Shown here: positions 25,801-37,321 of the stretch, in pieces
Numbering within the stretch: the stretch's first letter is position 1
Layout: every line of letters begins with the position of its first letter
NCBI GenBank assembly: GCA_030390025.1
Contig: CM059432.1
Coordinates: forward strand, 116,810,001 to 116,874,000
Source: Squalus acanthias
Lineage: Eukaryota
Direction: 5' to 3'
Length of the DNA stretch: 64,000 nt
Made by a program: the position numbers and the translations under genes
Notes under the pieces: generated by a model
The model's input: the letters and a program-made list of their open reading frames with translations, nothing else
The model's database searches: none
Told to the model about the DNA's origin: nothing

Positions 25801-26642
25801 TCAAGGGGATCTCGACAGGCTCATTGAGTGGGCGAGAACATGACAGATGGAATATAGTGTGGATAAATGTGAAGTTATCCACTTCGGTAGAAAACACAGA
25901 AAGGCAGAGTATTTCCTAAATGGTGAAAGATTGGGGAATGCAGATGCTCAAAGAGACCTGGGTGTCCTTGTACATGAGTCACTGAAAGTGAATGTGCAGG
26001 TGCAGCAAGCTATTAGGAAGGCAAATGGTATGCTGGCCTTCAATACAAGCGGATTTGAGTACAGGAGTAAAGTCTTACTCCAATTATATAGGGCCTTGGT
26101 GAGACCACACCTGGAGTACTGTGTACAATTTTGGTCTCCTTACCTAAGGAAGGAAATACTTGCCATAGAGGGAGTGCAAAGAAGGTTCATGAGATTGATT
26201 CCTGGGATGGCGGGACTGTCCTATGAGAAGAGATTGTGTAAACTAGGCCTGTATTCTCTTGAATTCAGAAGAATGAGAGGGGGTCTCATTGAAGCATACA
26301 AAATTATTACAGGGCTTGATAGGGTGTATGCTGGGAGAATGTTTCCCTTGGCTGGGGAGTCTAGAACCAGGGGCCACAGCCTCAGGATAAAGGGTAGGCC
26401 ATTCAGGACTAAGATGAGAAGGAATTTCTTCACACAGAGCGTGGTAAATCTTTGGAATTCACTACCCCAGAGGGCTGTGGAGGCTCAGTCATTGGGTATA
26501 TTCAAAACAGAAGTCGATAGATTTCTGACTAGTAAGGGCATCAAGGGATATGGCGATAGGGCCGGTGAATGGAGTTGAGGCAAAAGATCAGCCATGAAAG
26601 GCTCGAAGGGCCGAATGGCCTACTCCTATTTCTTATGTTCTT
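22802..26642 (+). mobile_element. Long CR1 LINE: 5'-truncated ORF1 (SGNH esterase) plus ORF2 (APE endonuclease, RT), frameshifted
   Basis: ORF1 IGVSIVRG / VVHIGTNDIG / DGLHL. ORF2 YLNARSI, ITETWL, MGDFN, SDH, GVPQG..LGP, FADD, RPHLEYCVQFWSP. Tail TTCTTATGTTCTT. Confidence 0.95.
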
Positions 26643-26786
26643 AAAGGTGATATATAAATGGTGAAAGGTGATAGATAAATGGTGAAAGGTGATGTATAAA
26701 TGGTGCCATGTGATAGATAAATGGTGAAAGGTGATGTATAAATGGTGCCATGTGATAGATAAATGGTGAAAGGTGATGTATAAATG
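26643..26786 (+). repeat. Distal part of the same 21-bp minisatellite, about 7 units
   Basis: Same unit plus GGTGCCATGTGATAGATAAAT variants; ends in ATAAATGCAAGTCTTT. Confidence 0.95.
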
Positions 26787-26819
26787 CAAGTCTTTGATAA
26801 TTAAATAAATGCCCTTGAA

Positions 26820-27130
26820 GAGCTGGGGCCCGCCGCCAGACGTCACAGAGGACTGCAGCAGCCCCGCCCCCTGATTCTGATTCGCTTGGCAGCTGACGGC
26901 GGCATTCGGATTGGTCTGTTGAAACTTCAATCAGAGTTAACCCCGCCCCTTGGTGTCTCCTAGAGTTACCGCCAGCGGCATATTTTGCCCTCTCGGTCTC
27001 TCTGTCCCGTGTGAAGTGCGGGCGGGCTTCTTTGCTGTAAACCTCAATTAACTCGGAAAGTTTGTAATTTAGACCTCGCCCGTCTCCCGGCGCCCCGCGG
27101 GCGAGTGTCTGGCCGGTTTCGATGGCAACG
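26820..27130 (+). promoter_or_regulatory. Putative FBXO15 CpG-island promoter (GC boxes, CCAAT, X-box)
   Basis: Two CCCCGCCCC boxes (~26862, ~26941), an ATTGG box (~26910) and GTTTCGATGGCAAC (27116-27129); CpG-dense. Confidence 0.65.
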
Positions 27131-27156
27131 GGCGGCGGGAGCGCGGCGGACGGCAG
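27122..27156 (+). CDS. FBXO15: FBXO15 coding exon 1
   Basis: ATG in a CpG-rich promoter region. Encodes MATGGGSAADG, followed by CAG|GTAAGG. Phase 2. Human FBXO15 also starts MATG. Confidence 0.75.
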
Positions 27157-27193
27157 GTAAGGTCCCTGGCGCCACCTGCTGGGCAGGGAGGGC

Positions 27194-27585
27194 CAGACCA
27201 GCACAGTCAGTGCCCTGACCAGCACAGACCAGCACAGTCAGTGCCCTGACCAGCACAGTCAGTGCCCTGACCAGCACAGCCCGTGCCCAGACCAGCACAG
27301 CCCGTGCCCAGGCCAGCAGAGCCCGTGCTAAGACCAGCACAGACCAGCACAGTCAGTGCCCTGACCAGCACAGACAGTGCCCTGACCAGCACAGTCAGTG
27401 CCCTGACCTGCCCAGTCAGTGCCCAGACCAGCACAGCCCGTGCCCAGACCAGCACAGCCCGTGCCCAGACCAGCACAGCCCGTGCCCAGACCAGCACAGC
27501 CCGTGCCCAGACCAGCAGAGCCCGTGCTAAGACCAGCACAGACCAGGCCAGACCAGCACAGTCCGTGCTCAGACCAGACCAGACC
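27194..27585 (+). repeat. GC-rich ~21-bp minisatellite (GACCAGCACAGTCAGTGCCCT / GACCAGCACAGCCCGTGCCCA) at the start of FBXO15 intron 1
   Basis: Directly visible tandem array. Confidence 0.93.
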
Positions 27586-27586
27586 A

Positions 27587-30500
27587 TAGAATCATAGAAA
27601 TTTAGAGCACAGAAGGAGGCCATTCGGCCCATCTTGTCCGTGCCGGCCGACAAAGAGCTATCTACCCTAATCCCACTTTCCAGCTCTTGGTCCATTTCCT
27701 TGTAGGTTACGGCACTTCAAGTGTGTATCCAAGTACTTTTTAAATGTGATGAGGGATTCTGCCTCTACCACCCTTTCAGGCAGTGAGTTCCAGACCCCCA
27801 CCACCCTCTGGGTGAAAACATTTCTCCTCAAATCCCCTCTAAACCTCCTACCAATTACTTTAAATCTATGCCCCCTGGTTACCGACCCCTCTGCTAAGGG
27901 AAATAGGTCCTTCCTATCCACTCTATCTAGGCCCCTCATAATTTTATACACCTCAATTCGGTCTCTCCTCAACCTCCTCTGTTCCGAAGAAAACAACCCC
28001 AGCCTATCCAATCTTTCCTCATAGCTAAAATTCCCCAGCTCAGGCAACATCCTCGTAAATCTCCTCTGCACCCTCTCTAGTGCGATCACATCCGTCCTGT
28101 AATGTGGTGACCAGAACTGCATGCAGTATTCTAGCTGCGGCCTAACTAGTGTTTTATACAGTTCAAGCATAACCTTCCTGCTCTTATATCCTATGCCTCG
28201 GCTAATGAAGGCAAGTATCCCGTATGCCTTCTTAAACACCTTATCTACCTGTCCTGCTACCTTCAGGGATCTGTGGACATGCACTCCAAGATCCCTCTGA
28301 TCTTCCGCACTTCTCAGTGTCCTAACATTTAATGGCCCAGAAATTGATCTCGCTCTGTTCCCGCGGGGGTAAGGAGCAGACGCGATCTCTCACTCCGCGT
28401 TGGCTTTTTCAGATCCAGCTCGCACGAACTTGATGTTCTAGACATCAGCTGGGCAGTGCTTGCGTATCCCACCGGCGTAGTGAATTTGTGCGAGCTGTGG
28501 GATCACGTGACTCAGTTAGAGCCAATGGCAGCACACCATCTTCCATTCATAAGTTTCACATACGTGCTGTGAAAGCTATGAATCTTACACCCCCCCAAAA
28601 TAACAGCTAAACCTCAATTAAATTAAAAAAAAACCCATCACATTAATAAAATAAGTATAGTTAAATAAATTAACCATTTTAAATAAAAAATTAAATTTTT
28701 GAAAAAATTTAAAATCTTTTAAAAAGTTATAAAAATAAACTTACCTGTCTTTAAAGTCTCTAAAAAAGATATACCTGTTAAAAAAAATTCAAAAAAATAC
28801 TTAATTCACTACTTACCTTGTTAAAAGTGGGTCTTACTCCTCCTTTTTCCATTTCTAAAATCTTCCGTACTTACCTGCGCGTCCAAAGCACTAAGTGCAC
28901 AGCGTGCGCGCAGCCTGTAGCGCGCACGCGATGCACCGAGGAACCGCCCCCTTTTCCAAAGACCAAGTGCCGGTTTTCAGCGCATGCGCAGGGCATGCAG
29001 AAAACCGGCAATTGGAGCGAGAATACGCGAGAGTACGCAGTGCGTACTCTCGCGCAGCGGGATGAATTTTTGGCCCATTGTGTATACCCTTGTCTTGTTA
29101 GCCCTCACCAAATGCATTACCTCACACTTCTCCGGATTGAATTCCATTTGCCACTGTTCTGCCCACCTGACCAGTCCATTGATATCTTCTTGCAGTCTAC
29201 AGCTTTCTTCTTCATTATCAACCACACAGCCAATTTTTGTATCATCTGCAAACTTCTTAATTATACTTCCTACATTCAAGTCCAAATCATTGATATATAA
29301 CACAAAAGGCAAAATACCCAGTACTGAGCCCTGCAGAACCCCACTGGAAACAGCCTTCCTGTCACAAAAACATCCTTCGATCATTACCCTTTGTTCCCTG
29401 CCTCTGAGCCAATTTCGGATCCAACTTGCCACTTTGCCTTGGATCCCATGGGCTTTTACTTTTGTGACCAATCTGCCATGCGGGACCTTATCAAAAGCCT
29501 TGCTAACATCCATGTAGACTACATCAAACGCACTACCCTCATCGACACTCCTTGTTACCTCCTCAAAAAATTCAATCAAGTTAGTCAGACAAGACCTCCT
29601 TAACAAATCCATGCTGACTGTTCCTGATTAATCCGTGTCTTTCTAAATGAAGATTTATCCTGTCCCTCAGAATTTTTTCCAATAATTTTCCCACCACCGA
29701 GGTTAGGCTGACTGGCTTGTAATTACTCGGTCTATCCCTTTCTCCCTTTTTAAACAATGGTACCACATTAGCAGTCCTCCGGCACCACACCTGTAGCCAG
29801 AGAGGATTGGAAAATGATGGTAAGAGCTTCTGCTATTTCCTCTCTTTATCTCTTAACAGTCTGGGATACATTTCATCCAGGCCTGGGGATTTATCCACTT
29901 TCAAAGATGCTAAACCCCTTAATACTTCCTCTCTCACTATGTTTATTTCATCTAATATTTCACACTCCTCCTCCCTGATTGCAATTTCTGCATCATCACT
30001 CTCTTTTGTGAAAACAGACGCAAAGTATTCATTAAGAACCATACCCATGTCTTCTGCCTCCACACACAGGTTACCTTTATGGTCCCTAATAGGCCCTACT
30101 CTTACTTTAGTTATCCTCTTGCTCTTAATGTATTTATAAAACATCTTTGGGTTTCCCTTGATTTTACTTGCCAATATTTTTTCATGCCCTTTCTTTGCTT
30201 TCCTAATTTCCTTTTTGATTTCACCCCTGCACTTTCCATACTCCTCTAGGGTTTCTGCAGTATTGAGCCCTCAGTATCTGTCATAAGCTTCCCTTTTTTT
30301 CTTTAAGCTTCCCTGTATGCCCCTTGACATCCAGGGAGCTCTAGATTTGTTCGTCCCACCCTTTTTCTTTACGGCAACATACTTGCTCTGAACCCTCACT
30401 ATCTCCTCCTTGAATGCCTCCCACTGCTCTGACACTGATTTACCTTCAAGTTTCTGTCTCCAGTCCACTTTGGCTAAATCACATCTCAGCTTAGTAAAAT

Positions 30501-31060
30501 TAGCTTTTCCCCAATTGAGAACTTTTATTCCTGGTCTATCCTTTTCCTTTTTCATAACTACGCTAAATCTAACTGAATTATGATCACTACCACCAATATG
30601 CTCTCCCACTGATACCCTTTCCACCTGCCCAGCTTCATTCCCTAAAATTAGGTCCAGAACCGCCTCCTCTCTTGTTGGGCTTGTTACGTACTGGCTAAAA
30701 AGTTCTCCTGAATGCATTTTAAGAATTCTGCTCCCTACTATTACTGCCCTATTTTTGCATGTCTCAGAAATTTGCCTACATATTTGTTCTTTTATCCTCC
30801 TCTGACTGTTTGGGGGTCTATAGTACACACCCAGAAGTGTGATTGCCCCTTTTTTGCTTTTCAGTTCGACCCGTATGGCCTTGTTGGATCTTCCTTCTAA
30901 GATATCATCCCTCCTCACAGCTGTAATGGTTTCTTTAATCAATATTGCGACCCCACCTCCTTTTTTTTATCCCCCTCTCTATCTCGTCTGAAAACCCTGT
31001 AACCAGGAATGTTGAGCTGCCATTCCTGCCCTTCTTTCAGCCATATCTCAGTAATAGCTA
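27587..31060 (-). mobile_element. CR1 LINE, 5'-truncated ORF2, interrupted by a MITE
   Basis: Endonuclease and RT fragments in ORFs 30271-30942, 29833-30174, 28977-29612 and 27667-28284; (TTCTATGA)n-type tail at 27587. Confidence 0.93.
28334..29076. mobile_element. Harbinger-type MITE (AT-rich core), copy A
   Basis: GGCCCAGAAATT...AATTTTTGGCCC ends; interrupts the CR1 RT; interior nearly identical to 35182-35923. Confidence 0.85.
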
Positions 31061-31063
31061 TAA

Positions 31064-31310
31064 TGGGCCAGAAATTAGGCTCCCTGGCTTCCCGCGGGTG
31101 CAAGGATCGCGCGTGCACCTACCTACCGCGCCTGCCGTTGACCTCTGGGCCCACGGGGACTTCAGCTCCTGGGCCTCCCCTAACTGCCGGCGCGCAGTGC
31201 TTGTGTATCCCAGGGGCGTAGTTAGTGCGATGCGTCCCCTGGGATCACATGGGCCATGGAAAGCCAATGGCAGCAGACCATCTTTCATTCATAGATTTGA
31301 CAGGAAGACC
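31064..31310. mobile_element. Truncated Harbinger-type MITE
   Basis: GGGCCAGAAATT end and the shared GCGTCCCCTGGGATCAC...AGCCAAT core. Confidence 0.6.
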
Positions 31311-31691
31311 TGTCCATTCTACCTTTCCACTTTTCAGAGGCTGCTGTGCGTTTCCAGCATTTTCTGTTGGTTTGGATTTTGTGGTTTCTTTTCTTTCATC
31401 CTCTCTAATCTTCTGTTTTTAGACTGTGATAACTTGCAGTTCCACAACATTGTTCAGCCTCTCATCCATTTACTAGTTGCAATGCAAAGATACTAATCAC
31501 ATTTTTAGCTTTATTTTATTAACACTAGAAACTTTTTTAAAAATTACATAAAGTTGGCTAAACAGTGTGTATATTCTTTGAATGCAATTACATGTTATAA
31601 GATGCTGCATGCTCAAACTATAACGTTTTTATAAGGAAACAGTTGTGCTTCACCATATTTTGTTCAGTTACTAAATACTGTAACTTTTCAG

Positions 31692-31793
31692 TTTTGGACA
31701 TACATGGGCTCCGAGTCAGCCTTCGAGGTCCTACCAGTTACGTCGAGCAAAAGGTGGTAAATTGAGATCTGCAAGTCTGATCACCGTTGAGAG
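31692..31793 (+). CDS. FBXO15: FBXO15 probable coding exon 2
   Basis: TTTTCAG acceptor and GAG|GTTGGT donor. 102 nt, stop-free (FGHTWAPSQPSRSYQLRRAKGGKLRSASLITVE), phase 2-2, links exon 1 to exon 3. The sequence is poorly conserved, so the call rests on splice signals and phase. Confidence 0.6.
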
Positions 31794-32409
31794 GTTGGTA
31801 AAAGGGATGAAGACTAGTTAGTAATATTGATGTATTCCTGGCAAAGTTTTTCTTTTCCCTCCAGTACCAATGCACGTTGGTTTTCATCAATGTCAATGTC
31901 AGTGCTCAGCCCAGCACAGACCAAACCAGACCAGCCCTTAGCTGGAATTTGCTGTACTGCTGTATAGGAAAGTGCGGAGTGGAAGCTATGCAGCAGGTCA
32001 CTTATTCATTTTGCTACAGTCAGTTGTAGTCTGGGAAGGTTTTGTTTTGAGAATCTATCATACCAAATTAATATTGCATGTAGTACAGTAAAACTAGTAC
32101 AGTAACTGGTCTATTTAAAGTGCATTTTTCTAAGCACTTTTAAACTACTTTTAGGAGCTTTAAGTATGCACTACATTGTTCTAACGAATAAGAGTTTAGA
32201 TAATGTAAAGGGGATTGTTTCTCATCCCCATGGTCTTATTTCTAATTATTATACAGAGAGATCTGGGTATCTCCCTTGTTAACATTTTGTATTTTAATAC
32301 TGCTGGCTAGAGGCAGGCTGGGAGTTTTCTGTCAAGCTCTCCTTTATGTGGAGCATTCTGTACAATGAAATTGTGGGTTGCACGCCTCATCCATGAAGAG
32401 TTTTGCACA

Positions 32410-33000
32410 AAATGGCCAGTATTTTCTCATTGGAGGCTTCCTGCGAGCGGAGGCCTCCGATCTGGAAAAATCTACGAACTTACCTGAGGGCTCCCGAGGT
32501 GCGTATACTTCCGCTCCTGGGCCTCTCCAAACTCGAAATGTGCAGGGCCCACTTATCCCAGAGGCGCATGCGGTTCACAAGCGTCCCTGGGATCACGTGG
32601 GCCATGGGGAGCCAATAGGAGAAGGGAATCTCCCTTCATACACTTGACAGATAGACCTGTCAAGTATATGAATGGAGATACCCCAAAAACACTGTAAAAC
32701 ATTAAATAAATTTTAAAAAACCATCACGTTTTTAAAATGAGTGGAAATTACAATAAGTTAAATATTTTAAACAAAAATGTAATTTTTTGAAAAAAGTAAT
32801 TAAAGTTTTTTACGGGGCTAAAAATAAACTTACCTTTTTTAAAAGTATTTTAAAATTATAAATGAGTGAAAAAATTATTATTTTTAAAAACTTTTTTCAA
32901 CTCTTATGCTGGTAAAAGCAGGCCTCACGTCCGCTTTTACCAGGCGTAAGATTTCTAAGGATTTTCTGCGGGCAGAGGTTCTGCAGAAAGCGGAACTCTG
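32410..33000. mobile_element. Harbinger-type MITE remnant
   Basis: Shared GCGTCCCTGGGATCACGTG core and AT-rich interior like the 28334/35182 family; bounds approximate. Confidence 0.6.
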
Positions 33001-33184
33001 TATGGATATCTTCATTTATAATCTTTACGATTATGGGTACTTCAGTAGATTACACAGCCCTTTAAATATTACCATTTAAAAATAGGTGTACAATGGATAA
33101 TTACAAATTTAAGACTGAAATCTTCCTGGGTTGCCATTCCTAATGGAAATTTAATAACCACCATATTACAGTACAACGGAGTCC

Positions 33185-33425
33185 AGTGGATTTCTTCCAT
33201 TCTTTGGTTGGTTTGATGAGTTTGGCCATCTATTCATTTCGCCAAACAACAACACCGCTGGGAAAGAACTCGACGTTTCCTTCTGTGGAAGGCGACTTAC
33301 CCATGAGCCCCAGCCAAAATATCAGGGCGTCACCCTGGACAGGACTCTCACCTATTGGCCTCATCTCACCAACACTGGCCAAAAAGTAAAAGCCAGGGTG
33401 CACCTGGTCCGGAAACTAGCTGGGA
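33185..33425 (+). mobile_element. RTEX/RTE-like RT fragment
   Basis: Reads PKYQGVTLDRTLTYWPHL...KVKARVHLVRKLAG. Confidence 0.6.
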
Positions 33426-33444
33426 ACACTTCACACCGCAACAG

Positions 33445-34118
33445 TGGCCCACTCTGACCACTCAGTCTTCGGCCTCCTACACTGTTCCATTGAGGCTCAG
33501 CGTAAGCTCAAGGAACAGCATGTCATCTTTTGTTTATGATGCGGAGATGCCGGTGTTGGACTGGGGTGGACAAAAGTGAGAAGTCGCACAATACCAGGTT
33601 ATAGTCCAACAGTTTTATTTGAAATCACAAGCTTTCGGAGCGCTGCTCCTTCGTCAGGTGAAGGCACTTTTGTTTAGGCACTTTACAGCCTTCCGGACTT
33701 AACAGTGAGTTCAACAATTTCAGACCATAACCTCTGCCCCCATTTTTTTCGGATGGCATCTGTTGATGATTCTGCTATTCCCATTTACACCTCTACCAGA
33801 CTCATCTTTTGTTCCTTTACTTGTCCCATGACCATCTCCTTTTGCCTTGCACCATCATCCCTTTTGTCTTTTAATCTCTCTTGCCTTCCAGCCTATCACA
33901 GACCTTCCCTTTTGTTCTTTCCTCCCCTCACCCTTTCCCTGTCTCTATACTTGCTTAAAACCTGTTATATCTGTGACTTTTTTCAGTTCTGATGAAAGGT
34001 CATCAACCTGAAACGTTAACTCTGTTTCTCTCTCCACAAATGCTGCCTGACCTGCTGAGTGTTTCCAGCATTTTCTGTTTTTATTTCAGATTTACAGCAG
34101 CTGCAGTATTTTGCTTTA
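33445..34118 (+). mobile_element. Penelope-like element 3' end (GIY-YIG C-terminus + pLTR) with a nested 130-bp Penelope-type insert (33537-33666)
   Basis: GLLHCSIEAQRKLKEQHVIF...LGTLQPSGLN. The insert is flanked by a 10-bp TSD CTTTTGTTTA. Confidence 0.8.
33985..34021 (+). ncRNA. Minimal hammerhead ribozyme motif (Penelope-type, second family)
   Basis: AGUU-CUGAUGA-A-AGGU cauca ACCU-GAAACGUU-AACU. Confidence 0.7.
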
Positions 34119-34561
34119 GCATTTGCACTGATGTGGACTTGCCAAAATTTGTTTAATCTCCTGTGGGAGATGATTACCTAAAGGCTACCCTTCCAAGAAG
34201 AGAAAACTGACTTGCTTTCTGATCCCCAAAGGGAATAGAATGGACATTCTGCAGTATCCATCTAATATTACATTCTGCTATTATTGAACCCTGCAATATT
34301 GCCTTCCACAGATGATATCCCTGGTGAAACGTAATGTTTAGTCCTGTGATGAACATACATTTCTGGAACAATTCTCCATACTTAAATCTGTGTAAAAGAT
34401 GATCCAGAAAGTAATAAGTTCATCAAAACTTGTGTTTGCATCAGATTATATTTTTGGTACTATTTTTGCAGACTGAAAGTTTATTTTTGGACCTAGGTAT
34501 GCAGTCTGTATCCCTAAGAAGTATCAACTGAGAAAAGCTTGTATTTGTACAGAGCTTTAAG

Positions 34562-35027
34562 AAAAAAAATTGCATTTATATCGCGCCTTTCACAACCTCA
34601 GGACGTCCCAAAGCGATTTACAACCAATGAAGTACTTTTTGGAGTGTAGTCACTGTTGTAATGTAGGAAACGCGGCAGCCAATTTGTGCACAGCAAACTC
34701 CCACAAACAGCAGTGTGATAATGACAAGATAATCTGTGTTTAATGATGTTGGTTGAGGGATAAATACTGGCCAGGATACCAGGGAGAACGCCTATGCTCT
34801 TCTTTGAAATAGTGCAATGGGATCTTTTACGTCCACCTGAGAGAGCAGACGGGGCCTTGGTTTAATGTCTCATCCGAAAGACGGCACCTCCTACAGTGCA
34901 GCACTTCCTCAGTACTACACTGGAATGTCAGCCTAGTTTTTGTACTCGAGTCTCTGGAGCAGGACTTGAACTCACAACCTTCTGACTCAGAGGAGAGTGC
35001 TACCACTGAGCCACGGTTAACACTCAC
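34562..35027 (-). mobile_element. Near full-length tRNA-derived SINE with an L2-like tail (fragments also at ~2490-2595, 36370-36775, 39595-39815, 42350-42580, 59640-59830)
   Basis: 5' GTGGCTCAGTGG (A-box) and GAGTTCAAGTCC (B-box); 3' GTGAAAGGCGCGATATAAATGCAA tail. Confidence 0.85.
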
Positions 35028-35181
35028 AGCAAGGTATTTTCATGTTGCTGCTATCTTGGATTATATCCCACTTGAGATATGAATCAGTATTTTAGCAATA
35101 CTGACCATGGTATTTTACATAGCTGCAGATGCTTCATTAAGGTACTGTACAGAGCAGTTTCAGATATACATCGGCAACAAT

Positions 35182-35923
35182 GGCCCAAAAATTAGTGAGG
35201 AAGCCTTCGTGCGAGGGTAAGGCCTCCCCGCGATCTCTCACTCCGCGTTGGCTTTTTCAGTTCCAGCTCGCACGAACTTGATGTTCTGGACAGCTGCTGT
35301 GCTGGGCTTGCGTATCCCACCGGCGTAGTTAATTCGTGCGAGCTGTGGGATCACGTGACTCAGTTAGAGCCAATGGCAGCACACCATCTTCCATTCATAA
35401 CTTTCACATAAGTGCTGTGAAAGTTATGAATACTATAGCCCCCCAAAAGAACCGCTAAACCTCAATTAAATTTAAAAAAAACCATCACATTAATAAAATA
35501 AGTATAGTTAAATAAATTAACCATTTTAAATAAAAAATTAAATTTTTGAAAAAATTTAAAATCTTTTAAAAAGTTATAAAAATAAACTTACCTGTCTTTA
35601 AAGTCTCTAAAAAAGATATACCTGTTAAAAAAAATTCAAAATAATACTTAATTCACTACTTACCTTGTTAAAAGTGGGTCTTACTCCTCCTTTTTTTATG
35701 TGTAGAATCTTCCGTACTTACCTGCGCGTTGAAACCACTAAGTGCACAGCGTGCGCGCAGCCTGTGGCGCGCACGCGGTTCACCTAGGACCCGCCCCCTT
35801 TTCCATTCACCAAGTGCCGGTTTTCAGCGCATGTGCAGTGCATGCAGAAAACCGGCAATTGGAGACAGAATACGCGAGAGTACGCAGTGCGTACTCTCGC
35901 GTAGCGGGACTAATTTTTGGGCC
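35182..35923. mobile_element. Harbinger-type MITE, copy B
   Basis: Perfect 15-bp TIR GGCCCAAAAATTAGT; flanks AAT/ATT. Confidence 0.88.
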
Positions 35924-37216
35924 ATTATTGCCATGTTGACCAGGGTCATTTGGCTGTGATTTCAAATTGTTGAAAAAAAAGACTTTGCACTGCTGTGATG
36001 GTATCTCTCTACACACTTTGTATATATTTGTGTTTGATTTAGTGCACTTAAAAAAACACACATACACCTTGAGGTTTGCTATTTAAAAGCCTCTTTGTTA
36101 ATATATTGTTTTTCATGTTCCATGAGAGTATAGCTCTGGGATCCAGCCAAAGCTTCTAGTAATGGTGCTCTGATACTGGTTGTTAAAAGCCCTGGAGGAA
36201 GTTGATCACCTTCTATAACCTGTTTATCACTACTCTGTTTTTATTGGGACCTGTCCATTAATATTTAACAAAGTAACTGTTTACAGTAAGCGCTAGTCAA
36301 TATCCAAAATGATGTATACTCTTTCCATTTAAGCCAGATTAATTTTGGACCACCTCTTTGGGGGGAAAAAAAAGTGCCACGAGATCTTTTACATCTACCT
36401 GAATAGGCACACGGGGGCTCTGTTTAACATCTCATTTGAAATATAGCATCTGCAACAATCCGAATTGTTATCTTAAATGACCTGCTCAAGTCTGTACTGG
36501 GACTTGAACTCACAATTTTCTGACTTGGAGGCAAGAGTGCCTCCACTGAGCTAAGGTGACTGTCCTGGCCAACATTGTCCCTCAGTCATCACCAACAAAA
36601 TATCTTAAGTGGACGGTCAGCTCATTAATGTTCATGGGACCTTGCCGTGTTCAAATTAGCTGCTGTTTGCTGTTTTAACAGTGACTACACTCCACAATTG
36701 TTTCATTGGCTGCGAAGCACTTTGTGATGTCCTGAGGATGTGAAAGGCACTCTATAAATTCACGTTCTTTCTTTAATTAGTTTAATTGTCCAGTCAGTGG
36801 CGTTATGACTTGGAGTTTAAATAATAAAAGCCAGTGTTTTATTTACGTTTATTTATTATGTTGGTGACTTAATCAGAGGGATATGTCGTGCATGTGTTGC
36901 AGGAGCCTTGTCTATTTTAGCTATGAAAAGAGCTTGTCTGGGAGCATCTTACAGATGTGGAATTATAGAATTTTAAAGGCTAAGAAATTAATTTTGTGAA
37001 TACCTCTGTGCTGACTTTTTTTGTACATGCCCTAAATCTCATTTTAGAAATGTGGCGTGTGTCTCTTTACTATTAAAAGTAATTGAGGGCTTTTGGTTTA
37101 TTCTGCTCTTATGACTGTTTAGTATATTTTCAAATCTGGTCGATGAGGCTCCGTATTGGCTGGTGCTAAATCTTGCATTTCATACTACAACATAACCATC
37201 TGAAAATTGTTTCTAG

Positions 37217-37321
37217 CTTGCCATGGGAAATTCTCCTGCAAATCTTTTCCTACCTAGATGTATCATCCTTGTTGTGTGCAGGCTGTGTCAGCAAGTCTTT
37301 CTACCAGGTGTCTAATGACAA
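37217..37321 (+). CDS. FBXO15: FBXO15 exon 3 (F-box domain)
   Basis: LPWEILLQIFSYLDVSSLLCAGCVSKSFYQVSNDN, an F-box consensus; AG/GTAAGT flanks. Confidence 0.95.

Noticed and set aside
27044..27695. Repetitive ORFs (VWARAVL / TSTARAQ)
   Set aside because: Artefacts of the intronic GC-rich minisatellite.
34930..35020. tRNA gene
   Set aside because: The A/B boxes belong to a SINE head followed by SINE body and tail; no convincing cloverleaf.
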